Source: an uncultured Candidatus Berkelbacteria bacterium
GTDB taxonomy: Bacteria; Patescibacteriota; UBA1384; UBA12157; JAENIV01
Length of the DNA: 64,000 bases
Reading direction: 5' to 3'
Assembly: GCA_963698075.1 (NCBI GenBank)
Contig: OY969116.1
Location: forward strand, 313,010-377,009
In this document: positions 19,569 through 29,301 of the stretch, in pieces
Position numbering within the stretch: the stretch's first letter is position 1
How the letters are laid out: every line of letters begins with the position of its first letter
Notes under the pieces: model-generated
Databases searched by the model: none
What the model saw: only the letters and a program-made list of their open reading frames with translations
Told to the model about the DNA's origin: nothing
Made by a program: the position numbers and the translations under genes

Positions 19569-20287
19569 AAGCAGAGCCCCGCGAGATCTTGGGTAAAAGA
19601 GTTAAAATTTTACGTGGGAAAGATCAAGTTCCCGCTATTTTATATGGTCGCAATTTCAAAAGCGTACCCCTTGTTCTTTCAATTGGTGAGGTCAGCAGGA
19701 TCACCCAAGAAGCAGGTGAGGCCACTTTAATTAATCTTGAAGTCCCGGGCCAGAAACCGATGAAAGTTCTCATCCGCCACCTGCAAAAAGATCCTGTAAG
19801 AGACAACCTAATTCATCTTGATCTTTATAAAGTTGACATGAGCAAAACTATCCAGACGGAAATACCCTTGGAATTTGTGGGTACTTCGGCAGCAGTTAAA
19901 GAACTCGAAGGCAATTTGATTACTAATAAAAATAGCGTCAAAGTCGAGTGTTTACCTGATAAACTCGTTCCTAAAATCGAAGTTGATATTAGCTCGCTTA
20001 AAACTTTCGACGACATTTTACTTGTCAAGGACTTGAAAATTTCCGAAGGTATTAAGGTCATCGATGAAGCGGAAGATGTTGTCGCTCAAGTTACTCCTCC
20101 TCGCTCTGAAGAAGAATTGGCCGCAATGGAAGAGGAGGCCAAAACCGCCGCCACCACCGAAAAAGAACAAATTGAGACGATGGAACAGGCGGCCCAAGCC
20201 GAGACCGCCGCCGAAAAGCCCGAGGAAGCAGCTACTGAAGAAATTGAAGAAAAGCCACCAGTGCCTGAAAAAGGTAAAGAAGAATAA
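19550..20287 (+). CDS. rplY: 50S ribosomal protein L25/Ctc
   Basis: VPAILYG, HLDLY, IPLEFVG, acidic tail. Confidence 0.93.
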   Translation: MEQPTLKAEPREILGKRVKILRGKDQVPAILYGRNFKSVPLVLSIGEVSRITQEAGEATLINLEVPGQKPMKVLIRHLQKDPVRDNLIHLDLYKVDMSKTIQTEIPLEFVGTSAAVKELEGNLITNKNSVKVECLPDKLVPKIEVDISSLKTFDDILLVKDLKISEGIKVIDEAEDVVAQVTPPRSEEELAAMEEEAKTAATTEKEQIETMEQAAQAETAAEKPEEAATEEIEEKPPVPEKGKEE

Positions 20288-20294
20288 AGAAACA

Positions 20295-20323
20295 AGAAGG
20301 GGCCCCGGAGGGGCTTCTTCTTT
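20295..20323 (+). terminator. Intrinsic terminator after rplY
   Basis: aagaaggggcccc-gga-ggggcttcttcttt. Confidence 0.6.
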
Positions 20324-20339
20324 AAGATAATCAAGGGAG

Positions 20340-20636
20340 GTGAAGCCGACTATGGGCGCAGCCATGCGGACGAGGCGGCAAGAAACAACCATCCAAGAGT
20401 TCTGCGAGTCCGTTTATCGGGCCATTGTCTCACAGCTCGAAAACGCTGGCAGAACTAGCCAAGCACACGATCCCAACATAAGGAACGAAGTGCTTTGGCA
20501 CGCCTCGAAGCTTTGGGATGGAACTCATCCCCAGTATCGAGGCACGACCCGTAGGAGCAGGAAGCGGGTAACCGAGTTGGTCTACAAACTAGTAACCTCG
20601 GGCGAGGAAACCAATGCAGCAAAACAGGCGACATAA
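20340..20636 (+). CDS. Hypothetical protein, GC-rich (start may be ATG 20352)
   Basis: GGAGGTGA RBS; hairpin ggccctgag...ctcagggcc downstream. Confidence 0.55.
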   Translation: MKPTMGAAMRTRRQETTIQEFCESVYRAIVSQLENAGRTSQAHDPNIRNEVLWHASKLWDGTHPQYRGTTRRSRKRVTELVYKLVTSGEETNAAKQAT

Positions 20637-20697
20637 CCACCCCGCAGTTCGGCCCTGAGTTTTACCATCAAGCTCAGGGCCACCCTTTTAAAAAACG

Positions 20698-21780
20698 ATG
20701 AAATATTTTATCTTTACACTCGGCTGCCAAATGAATGTGAGCGATTCAGAACGGATCGCCACCATTTTAGAAAAGCGGGGATACTCTCCGAACGCTGAGA
20801 AAGTGGCCGATTTAATTATCGTCAACGCTTGTTCGGTCCGCCAAAAGGCGGTTGACCGAATTTGGGGCAAAGTCAAAATTTGGCAACTGCACCATAAAAA
20901 AATTTTATTAACTGGCTGTGTTTTGCCTGCCGACCGCAAAAAATTTGCCGAAAAGGGGATTGGTTACTTAAACTTTTATGATGATAATTTTTTTGATATT
21001 GTCCCTAAAAACCTATCCCCTATAACCTATATACCGATCATGACTGGCTGTGATAATTTTTGCTCTTATTGTGCCGTCCCCTACACTCGCGGCCGCGAAA
21101 AATCCCGACCGGTAAAAGATATCTTGGACGATGTCAAACGTGCTCTCAAAGACAAATCTAAGGAAATATTATTGTTGGGCCAAAATGTCAATTCTTATGG
21201 AAAACTAAAAAGTAAAAACTCAAAAGTTAAAACTTCAACTAAAAAGTTAAAAGATAATAAAGAATTTATAAAACTATTAAAATCCATTGATAATCTGCCT
21301 GGAAATTTTAAGTTCAACTTTATTTCATCTAATCCCCATGATATGGACGATGAACTGATTAAAACTTTTGCTAAATTAAAAAAATGGCCCCGAGAACTTC
21401 ATCTGCCGCTCCAATCCGGTGATGACGAAATTCTACACAAAATGAATCGCAAATATACTAGCGCTCAATATCTTAAACTAATTGAAAATTTAAAATTTTC
21501 GCCGAAGGCAGGCATGCAAATTGAAAATTTATCTTTAACCACCGATATCATCGTCGGTTTTCCTGGTGAGACCAAAAAACAATTCGAAAATACTCTAAAA
21601 CTTTGTAAAAAAGTCAAGTTCGATAAAGCCTACATTGCCCAGTATTCCCCTCGCCCCGGCACCGCGGCAGCCGAATTTAGAGATGATGTTTTATCAACCG
21701 AGAAAAAAAGAAGATGGGAATTACTCGATAGCTTAATCAACAAAAAAACGACGGCTTGCCCCGTTAATGACGCACTGTGA
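20698..21780 (+). CDS. miaB: MiaB-family radical SAM methylthiotransferase lacking TRAM domain
   Basis: TLGCQMN.SDSE, GCDNFCSYCAVPYTRG, DIIVGFPGET, YSPRPGT. Confidence 0.9.
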   Translation: MKYFIFTLGCQMNVSDSERIATILEKRGYSPNAEKVADLIIVNACSVRQKAVDRIWGKVKIWQLHHKKILLTGCVLPADRKKFAEKGIGYLNFYDDNFFDIVPKNLSPITYIPIMTGCDNFCSYCAVPYTRGREKSRPVKDILDDVKRALKDKSKEILLLGQNVNSYGKLKSKNSKVKTSTKKLKDNKEFIKLLKSIDNLPGNFKFNFISSNPHDMDDELIKTFAKLKKWPRELHLPLQSGDDEILHKMNRKYTSAQYLKLIENLKFSPKAGMQIENLSLTTDIIVGFPGETKKQFENTLKLCKKVKFDKAYIAQYSPRPGTAAAEFRDDVLSTEKKRRWELLDSLINKKTTACPVNDAL

Positions 21781-21823
21781 TAACACTATGTAATAGGTTT
21801 CGCAGTAAGGAATTTTACGGGGT
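21758..21823. repeat. Palindromic repeat family B, copy 1 (overlaps miaB stop)
   Basis: ccccgttaat...gtaaggaattttacgggg; homologous to 57849-57914. Confidence 0.75.
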
Positions 21824-21858
21824 GGCAGGTCTTAGAGAACTTGATTAATAAATAATAA

Positions 21859-22434
21859 TTAGTACTCTTCATATTTAACTTTTTTGGGAAAAAGCAAAAT
21901 GTACGGATAACCGTTGTAGTTTCGTATGATTTTACCAACTCCCAATTTTTTTAAAAATTGAATCATCTCGTTGGTAATTTCTACCGGCCTTTTAGTAGTT
22001 TTTCCCGCGAATTCGACCTCCACAAACTCACCCAATTTTTTTACTTGGGCGACTGAAATGATATAGGACTTGAATCTATAATCCAGACGTTTTTTATCGA
22101 CAACAACGATTGGTTTAAAATTGAGCGCTTTTAAAATCAATTTGAGTTGCTCCATATCATCTACAGCACTTTCATACTCATCCGAATAATGGCTTCTGTC
22201 ATCTTCGTCTACATGCCAATATTTATAATTAATTGAATTTCCTTTATCAGTCTGTCTTAATCGAAGCCATTCGACAGCCGGATATTTCTTGAGAAAATCC
22301 CGGTGAGTCGGTGTGTAATAATAATCAATTTGCCGGCTTTTACGCAACAATTTTGCCTTTTTGTTTAAAAAAGCTTTCAGGGGTCGAATATTTTCTAGCT
22401 GCACTTGGATTTCAATTTCAATAATTTTAGCCAT
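21859..22434 (-). CDS. CYTH domain protein (class IV adenylate cyclase-like)
   Basis: EIEIQ, QIDYYY, WLRLR, YK, EYE, VVDKKR, FVEVE, GY. Confidence 0.88.
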   Translation of the reverse strand: MAKIIEIEIQVQLENIRPLKAFLNKKAKLLRKSRQIDYYYTPTHRDFLKKYPAVEWLRLRQTDKGNSINYKYWHVDEDDRSHYSDEYESAVDDMEQLKLILKALNFKPIVVVDKKRLDYRFKSYIISVAQVKKLGEFVEVEFAGKTTKRPVEITNEMIQFLKKLGVGKIIRNYNGYPYILLFPKKVKYEEY

Positions 22435-22499
22435 AGACAATTTTAAATTCATCATCAAAATATATCAAATTATGATTTTTGACAACTTAAGAGCAGGTC

Positions 22500-23642
22500 T
22501 TAGATTAGTTCATCTTGATCCGGACCTTGAATCCCCTTCTTCTTTCGATACCAGTTCCAAATAAGATAGGCAATGATGGTAATTAAAATTCCGGCCCCAA
22601 GAATGATTAAGGCTATTTTAGTCGACTGATTCAAGCCGGCAACTTGAACTTCGGGGCTGGCCGAAGGTATCGGTGAGCCAAATTCTTCTGGAGAGGTAAG
22701 GCCGGCTGACTCGGCGGCTGAAGGCGTGATTTGATTTGGTGTAGGCTCAACTTGGCCAATTATCGGTGGAGTTTCCGGTGATTGACTAACTGAAGTAGGA
22801 GTGGAAGTTGGCGTTGGTGTTGGTTGGGCCGCGGTTGGTGTATTTCCCTCTGGAGGAGGTGTCGACTGACACTCAGTGTTTTCAGAACATTGATTGGTTC
22901 CTTCACCCTCAATTGTATCGCAGGTTTGGCTATTGGAATTGCACACTCTATGGGTTTTTGGTTGGCAATCGGCATTAATCGCACATTCGTTGGTTCCAGC
23001 GCCGCTAATGGTTTCACAGACACGATTGGTAGTATTGCAAACCGTGTGGGTAGATTCTTCGGGGCCGGTGACATCATAAGTGCCGTTGACAACATTGGCC
23101 AAGATGCAGGTACCGTCGACCATCGAAATTATATTCGTATCATTTGTCGCCCCAGGAGTGAAATCAAAATATACCTGTGAAGCCGTTATCGGCTTTAAAG
23201 CTTTGAAGGTTGCGGTCGCAAAAATGCCGCTGCCAGTCCAGCCGGGAGAATTTTGTTCGGTTTTGACCATCCCCGAAAGGGCAATTTTTCCCGGATGGGA
23301 GTCAACTCGTTCGCCCATATAAATATCAAAAATAGTACCATTTTGAATTTGGACCCCGTCCTGATTTGGATCAGCGTCCTGAACTTCTAAAACTCCCGGA
23401 TCATAATTGAGATAAAAAAGATCTACCCCGACCACTGGCTGATTATCGGTATTAACTCTGATATTAACATTAAAAGTTTGGCCTTGAGCTACAATCAGCG
23501 AATTTGGTTGCAGCTCTAACGATGGGCCAGCCGCGGCCTCGGGTTTAATCTTACCTGTTTTCAATAGGTAGATTAAAGCTCCGATCAAAGCGATAACTAA
23601 AATAATGGCTAACCCAATAAAGATAAATTTCTTTTTGGCCAT
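22500..23642 (-). CDS. Cell-surface cohesin-domain protein with Cys-rich repeats, P/T linker and C-terminal TM anchor
   Basis: N-terminal hydrophobic leader; GQTFNVNI...GVDL..LNYDP..LEV...G.G.FATATFKA; C-terminal TM then RKKK. Confidence 0.8.
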   Translation of the reverse strand: MAKKKFIFIGLAIILVIALIGALIYLLKTGKIKPEAAAGPSLELQPNSLIVAQGQTFNVNIRVNTDNQPVVGVDLFYLNYDPGVLEVQDADPNQDGVQIQNGTIFDIYMGERVDSHPGKIALSGMVKTEQNSPGWTGSGIFATATFKALKPITASQVYFDFTPGATNDTNIISMVDGTCILANVVNGTYDVTGPEESTHTVCNTTNRVCETISGAGTNECAINADCQPKTHRVCNSNSQTCDTIEGEGTNQCSENTECQSTPPPEGNTPTAAQPTPTPTSTPTSVSQSPETPPIIGQVEPTPNQITPSAAESAGLTSPEEFGSPIPSASPEVQVAGLNQSTKIALIILGAGILITIIAYLIWNWYRKKKGIQGPDQDELI

Positions 23643-23662
23643 CTATGCTCCTTTAATGATAT

Positions 23663-24700
23663 TTATTGATCTTGTAATAACCAGTTTAAACTTAACCAGG
23701 CAAAATCACTAGTGTTGACGATCCCATCCTTATTAATATCAGCCGAAGCCGTATTCTTAAACCAATTAACTAATAAAACTTGATAGTCGGCGGTGTTGAT
23801 AATATTATCGCCGTTGAGTTCTCCAGCTCTTAACTCGCCAAAATCAAGCGTTAAAGGATTGGTTAAAGGTTTATTAATCAGCGCATTGATTAGGTACATT
23901 CCCACTTTAATTCTAAAATCGTAGTTGCCGGCCGGTACACCGGTTAAAGTGAGACTGCCAACACCACTAGCATTGGTCGTCACATCTGTTTTTTCAAAAA
24001 TTTTAGTCGTCGTGCCGGTATTGTAGACTCTAAAGACCGTGCCACTAGTTGAAAAATCACTTCTCCCCTGAAGTTTTAAATTTATGGTGGTTGGTACGTC
24101 AGCGGGGACAAGGCTATAGCTTCCGTTAGTGACTGATAAAAGAATTTCCGCTGGCGGCACGTACGGCGACAAGGTTCCGGCTGACATCACGTTAGTATCG
24201 TTGGTCGCTCCTAAAGTAAAGTTAAAAGTCACCGGACTTGTTGCTGTCCGCAGAACTTTAAAGGTAATCGTGGCCAAAATCGCCGTCCCCGCACCGGTTG
24301 AATAACCTGTTGTACCGGGGTCAATCATGGCCGAATAATATATTTTTCCCAGTGTACTATCAACCGAATTGATCGCCACATTTTTATAAACCGTGGGGGT
24401 GTTGGCTTTAATCTGGACTCCGGCCGCGACGCTATCAGCGTCCTGAACTTCTAAATCTTGGGGATTATAATTTAACATTACATCCGTGCCTGAAGTTAAA
24501 CGCGAATTAGTATTGAGCAAAATATCGACATTGAAATTAGTGCCGATTATTTTGGTCCCGGAGTTTGGCGATAAAGCTAAAGTCGCCACTTCTCCCGCCG
24601 CAAAAGGTTTAATCTTACCGGTCCTGGCCATATAAATAATAAATCCGACTACAATAATCATCAGGACGATCAAAATCGCTAAAATAAATTTTTTCCTCAT
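23663..24700 (-). CDS. Cohesin + Ig-like + dockerin-like protein
   Basis: GTNFNVDI...LNYNPQDLEV...LATITFKV; C-terminal GELNGDNIINTADY...ADINKDGIVNTSDF duplicated EF-hand-like repeat. Confidence 0.82.
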   Translation of the reverse strand: MRKKFILAILIVLMIIVVGFIIYMARTGKIKPFAAGEVATLALSPNSGTKIIGTNFNVDILLNTNSRLTSGTDVMLNYNPQDLEVQDADSVAAGVQIKANTPTVYKNVAINSVDSTLGKIYYSAMIDPGTTGYSTGAGTAILATITFKVLRTATSPVTFNFTLGATNDTNVMSAGTLSPYVPPAEILLSVTNGSYSLVPADVPTTINLKLQGRSDFSTSGTVFRVYNTGTTTKIFEKTDVTTNASGVGSLTLTGVPAGNYDFRIKVGMYLINALINKPLTNPLTLDFGELRAGELNGDNIINTADYQVLLVNWFKNTASADINKDGIVNTSDFAWLSLNWLLQDQ

Positions 24701-24717
24701 TTTTTACCTCCAATTAA

Positions 24718-25402
24718 TTATTGATCTTGTTGTAACCAATTTTGTGACAACCAAGCAAAATCGGCGGTATTAACGATTCCATCTTTATTAATATCGGCGG
24801 TTGCGTTGCTTGTAAACCAATTGACTAAAAGTATTTGATAATCAGCCGTATTAATAATATTGTCATTATTTAAAGCTCCGCCTCTTAATTCGCCGAAAGA
24901 AAAGCGTCATCGGATTCGAAAACGTTTTATTTGTTAAAGCGGTCACGAGATACATATTAACTTTTATTTTAAAATCGTAATTGCTGCCCACATTGAGTCC
25001 GGTGGGCACAACTGTCGCATTGCCTGAAGCATCAGTGGCGACGTTGTTTTGTTCGAAAACGAGCGTTGTTGTCCCAGGGATAAAAACTTTCAAATCGGTG
25101 TTGGTGGTCGAAAAATCAGTTCTTCCTTGAAGTTTAAGATTCAAATTTATAGTCGTGCCTGTCGGGCTGGGTGAAGGTGGGGGGGTCGTAACGGTCGTCG
25201 TCACCGTATTGCTTTGAGCTGATTTGTCCACGCCTCCTTCTTGATAATATATGGTCGCGGTGTTGGTAATATCATTTCCGGCGGCAAAAATGTTGAAAAA
25301 TTTATTCGCAATTAAAATTCCCGCAACAATAATAATTACTAATAGAATTATCCCAAGTTGGATTTTTCTTTTTCGAGGGATTTTTTTAAAAAAACGAATC
25401 AA
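24718..25402 (-). CDS. Leader + DUF11 terminal-strand segment + Ig-like + dockerin-like protein; +1 frameshift near 24900
   Basis: Removing one T in ATGACGCTTTTCTTTCGGC restores SFGELRGGALNNDNIINTADY...ADINKDGIVNTADFAWLSQNWLQQDQ*, paralogous to the 23663 gene tail. Confidence 0.8.
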
Positions 25403-25478
25403 TACTCTAATATCCCCTCCTATTACTAGGGGATTTATCTAACATTATTGTCTAACTATCAGAAGAATATGTCAAGGT

Positions 25479-27044
25479 TTAATTTATTCTCACCTGAAAT
25501 GTTACCGTTCCCGAACCCCCGGCAGCCAAAGTTCCTAAGTTCCAGATGACTTTGGTACCATCAAAAGTCCCACCACTACTAGCCGAACCAGTAACGTAAG
25601 TCGTGCCATTGGGGATAAAATCTTCAAATCTAACATTGGTGTAAGGATTAGTTGACCCATTAGAATAATTTAACGTATAGGTTAATATTCCCCCTGTTTG
25701 CGCGGTAATCTTATCGACAGACTTGGTAACAACCAATGGCCCTACACAGGGATTGGGATAAGAATTAGGAGATATGGCGTTATTAATCTTGCCTCCGCCT
25801 GCCAAGGCATTCCATAAAGCCGTTTGTTCATCAGTGTCCCAGGTCCAAAAAAGCGCACCCTTAAAACCGAAGTTGCAAATGGCCGCTAAATGACTTCGGA
25901 GCATCGCCGCCGCTTGATCAAGATTAGGGTAGGAATATTTCAAAGCGCCAAACTCACCCACAAGACGGGGCTTATCTTTACCCAGTAGTCCAATCTCGGC
26001 TGAATTTAAATCAAGAGTAAGATCGTAACTCGTTCCAAGTGGATATTGGTGAATATCAATAAGATCGAGGTTCGAATCATACAGCGCTGTTGGCCTAAAA
26101 GGTGATCTAGGATCGGGATGTTCCGAATTAGTCGGTGCCACTCCGTCAAAGCCATCGCGTCCGACAGCTTTAGGAGTAAAAACACTGGTCTCTACTAAAA
26201 CATTTGGGTCCATACTTTTGATACCTTCTGTCATTTGGTTAACCCAATATTTAGCACTATTATCGGCGGCTAGCTGACGGCTAGTCGTGCTTGCCATATC
26301 ATAAGTACCTCCTTCTGCTGGTGTGACAAGTCCACTTGTCATCGAAAATGGCTCGACATTCGACTCAAAACGTCCCTCATTCCAAGGATCCCAAGAAAAT
26401 ATTGTCGAAAGTAAACTTGAATCAGTATTTTTTATATATTCAACCAGGTCAATCATCATCTCTTTATAGGCGACAACATATCTCTGACTCATAAAGATAG
26501 TATTTACCCCTCCGCCCTCGGCGTGAGGAGTCGGCGGTAAAGACCAGACAAAATAATAGTAATTCGAAGGTAACCATTCAGTTGTAATAATCACATAGAT
26601 TCCATGGGCGCGGGCACGCCTCATAAAATCAAGAAGATTGGTCATATAAGCTGGGTCAACTCCTGGCACTGTCAAGGCGCCGCCAAGGACTCTGGTATCG
26701 AGGAAAACACGCGTGATGTTATAGCCATTGTTTTGCATTTGTCCTAATGCCAGCTCTGATCTGGCTGCATCATAGCTTCCCGGATTAAACAAATTATGAT
26801 AGCCGTCGATCGCATCAAGCCGAATATAATTGTTGCCCCTTGGAGTAAAAGTGTTACCGGTCACGGTATCATAAAACTCTCCGTAATGATCAGCACCAAC
26901 TCTCGTGCCGATACGATGAGAAACTAAATCTTCGGCCAAAACTGCCTTAATATGGTATTTGGCCGGAAATATCAAAAGAGTACCAATTAAATATATTGTC
27001 AGTAAAGATGTAGTAAATTGTTTTGTTTGAATAATTTTACTTAT
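25479..27044 (-). CDS. Secreted GH5-like (clan GH-A) glycoside hydrolase with C-terminal truncated DUF11 domain; start uncertain (ATA 27044 or TTG 26975)
   Basis: RGNNY, GYNITRVF, WDPWNEG, DIHQY, VGEFG, FWTW; C-terminal VTKSVDK...TYTL...EDFIP...WNLGTLAAG.SGTVTFQVRIN*. Confidence 0.82.
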   Translation of the reverse strand: MSKIIQTKQFTTSLLTIYLIGTLLIFPAKYHIKAVLAEDLVSHRIGTRVGADHYGEFYDTVTGNTFTPRGNNYIRLDAIDGYHNLFNPGSYDAARSELALGQMQNNGYNITRVFLDTRVLGGALTVPGVDPAYMTNLLDFMRRARAHGIYVIITTEWLPSNYYYFVWSLPPTPHAEGGGVNTIFMSQRYVVAYKEMMIDLVEYIKNTDSSLLSTIFSWDPWNEGRFESNVEPFSMTSGLVTPAEGGTYDMASTTSRQLAADNSAKYWVNQMTEGIKSMDPNVLVETSVFTPKAVGRDGFDGVAPTNSEHPDPRSPFRPTALYDSNLDLIDIHQYPLGTSYDLTLDLNSAEIGLLGKDKPRLVGEFGALKYSYPNLDQAAAMLRSHLAAICNFGFKGALFWTWDTDEQTALWNALAGGGKINNAISPNSYPNPCVGPLVVTKSVDKITAQTGGILTYTLNYSNGSTNPYTNVRFEDFIPNGTTYVTGSASSGGTFDGTKVIWNLGTLAAGGSGTVTFQVRIN

Positions 27045-29287
27045 TGTACTCTCACTTGAAATGTCATGTTTCCACTAGCGCCAGCAGCCAGATTTCCCAG
27101 ATTCCAAATCACTTTATTATTGGGCTGATCATAAGTGCCATTGTTGGTGGCCGAACCAATCACATAGGTGGTCCCCGTGGGAATTGGGTCTTCGATGCGC
27201 GTGTTGGTGACTGCTTGACTACCATTAGTATAGGATAAAGTGTAGGTTAAAGTATCGCCTGAAGCCGCTTGGGTTTTGTCAACGGATTTAGAGAGAGTTA
27301 TTGTTGGAGTTGTGCCACCAGGCAGAATAAAAATATGATCCGCGCCACCAGATTCTCCACTTGAATCTTTGGAAAAGACTCGGAAATGGTAGAGTGGAGC
27401 AACCAGCCCAGTCAACTGTAATGAATGATTGGTGGTGGAGGTTGCGTCAGTCTTTGTTTGACCATAATTAGTGGTTTCACCATAATCAACTTTCGAATCT
27501 GAAGCTTTATCAGTTTGCCAGATAATAGTGGCAGTTTTGGCGGCTGAATCAACCGCTGCGATTACATTGGAGATAATTGGCGCTTGATTGGTTGCGCCTA
27601 AAACTATGGTCATCTCTTTGGAATTTGTCATGTTAAGACTTGGTAATGTAAATGTTGGCAGACTCGATTTCGAAACCGTAATGTCGTGAGGTGTATAGCT
27701 GGTTTTGGTTGGCGTTGTACCGCCCAAAACATTGCCTTGTTGAAAATACTCGGTTAGCTCTAATCTCGCCCGGCCACTCGAATCTGTCGTTGCCGTGGGA
27801 CTTTCCGTGCCTCCTCCTTTGGCCACGGCCGAAACAGTTGCTCCGGAGACAGCGTTACCTGCATTATCTTTAACTAAAGTATCCAAATACCACTTAAAAT
27901 ATAAGCTGTATGTTCCACCGCCACTTTGTGAAGTTTGAACAATATCATGAACATCGGCTCCATTGAGAACTTTAGTATCAATAAAAATCTCATTTTTAGC
28001 AGCATAATTCGAGAAACCTTCGCCAATGGTGTGATAATTAATTGGACTATCGCCTTTAATTAGGGTATTGGAGCTAAAGACAAGGCCATCAGCTCCTTGA
28101 CCATCGTAGGTGCTGAATTGAATATTAATGTTGTTGCTGGTAATAGTATTATTATAGATTTTCGAACCGGTATTGGCAGCAACATAGCCGGCAACCGCTA
28201 TCCCATAGGCATATTTGGGTTTGGTTGAAGGAGTGATTATCGCTTTAATATTGTTGTTATAAAATTCATTATTGAGGTTTGATGGGCCATCATAAATCCC
28301 TATACCAGCTGCCTGATCGACTAAACCATCACCAGTTTGCGTCGTAATGTCATTGTCATGAACTTTTAAATTATAAGAATTTGTCCCCGGTGGAATTCGA
28401 CATTTAATTCCCCAGGCAAAATAGCCAGAGCCATATTCTGATTTTGGACCCATCTGAACATTAATTGTATTGGAATAAACCTCAACATCTTGGACTTCAT
28501 TATCAACCAAAATTCCCAAACCATCAGTCGTGTGAATATAATTTTCATAAACTTTGGTACTATGTGGCTTATATAAGGCAACACCGAAACCATTGCTGTC
28601 AACCGCTTTATGGTTAATGTCATTGCGGTAGACGCGGCTGTTAGGAGCAGTGGTATTAAAAGCAATGCCGCCATGGCCACCAATAATTTTATTATCATGA
28701 ATATCATAATTCTGACCTTGTTGGACTTGGAGGGCATAACCATCATAGGCCATCCGGTTGCCGATAGCGGCGACGCTGCTTCGAAAAATATTATCATGAA
28801 TGCTCAGATTGATTGTTCCTCTTTCGTTAACCGAGGTTGAAGAATTACCCCGGACTGAAACATCCAGACCACTGAGTTCAACATTCCTTGGATTAGTGTT
28901 GTAAATATAGATCGCATAGCTGTAAGTTGAAGTGCCTTGTTGAACAATTTTACCGTTTTTAAGCTTAAAGCCGTTATCATCCAAATTGACCCAGTGGCTG
29001 GCATCACCAATGGTCACTCCTGAAAGACCATTTGTGCCTGATGAGGCCGTATCAAAATTAATTGTCTTGCCATTCAAATCCAAAACAATCCCTGTGGCTG
29101 TAATCGTAAAACAGGTCCCGGTCGCTGAAACATCTTGATCTAAAATATAGGTCGTATTGGCTTGGGAAAGCAGTCCGCAAGCGGAAATGTGGACTTCGGC
29201 CGCTTGGGCTTTGGGAATCTTAAAACCCAAAGAAACAGCCAAAAGAACCATAAGCGCGATGATAAAAGTGAAAACATATTTCTTCAT
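27041..29287 (-). CDS. Secreted right-handed beta-helix protein with Ig/FN3-like domains and C-terminal truncated DUF11 domain
   Basis: Signal peptide ending AQA; LDLNGKTI, repeated I(H/Y)xN.I; ATIIWQTD...VDYG...H...LTGL...YHFRV; LSKSVDK...FQVRVQ*. Confidence 0.85.
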   Translation of the reverse strand: MKKYVFTFIIALMVLLAVSLGFKIPKAQAAEVHISACGLLSQANTTYILDQDVSATGTCFTITATGIVLDLNGKTINFDTASSGTNGLSGVTIGDASHWVNLDDNGFKLKNGKIVQQGTSTYSYAIYIYNTNPRNVELSGLDVSVRGNSSTSVNERGTINLSIHDNIFRSSVAAIGNRMAYDGYALQVQQGQNYDIHDNKIIGGHGGIAFNTTAPNSRVYRNDINHKAVDSNGFGVALYKPHSTKVYENYIHTTDGLGILVDNEVQDVEVYSNTINVQMGPKSEYGSGYFAWGIKCRIPPGTNSYNLKVHDNDITTQTGDGLVDQAAGIGIYDGPSNLNNEFYNNNIKAIITPSTKPKYAYGIAVAGYVAANTGSKIYNNTITSNNINIQFSTYDGQGADGLVFSSNTLIKGDSPINYHTIGEGFSNYAAKNEIFIDTKVLNGADVHDIVQTSQSGGGTYSLYFKWYLDTLVKDNAGNAVSGATVSAVAKGGGTESPTATTDSSGRARLELTEYFQQGNVLGGTTPTKTSYTPHDITVSKSSLPTFTLPSLNMTNSKEMTIVLGATNQAPIISNVIAAVDSAAKTATIIWQTDKASDSKVDYGETTNYGQTKTDATSTTNHSLQLTGLVAPLYHFRVFSKDSSGESGGADHIFILPGGTTPTITLSKSVDKTQAASGDTLTYTLSYTNGSQAVTNTRIEDPIPTGTTYVIGSATNNGTYDQPNNKVIWNLGNLAAGASGNMTFQVRVQ

Positions 29288-29301
29288 TTTTCTCCTTTCA
29301 A

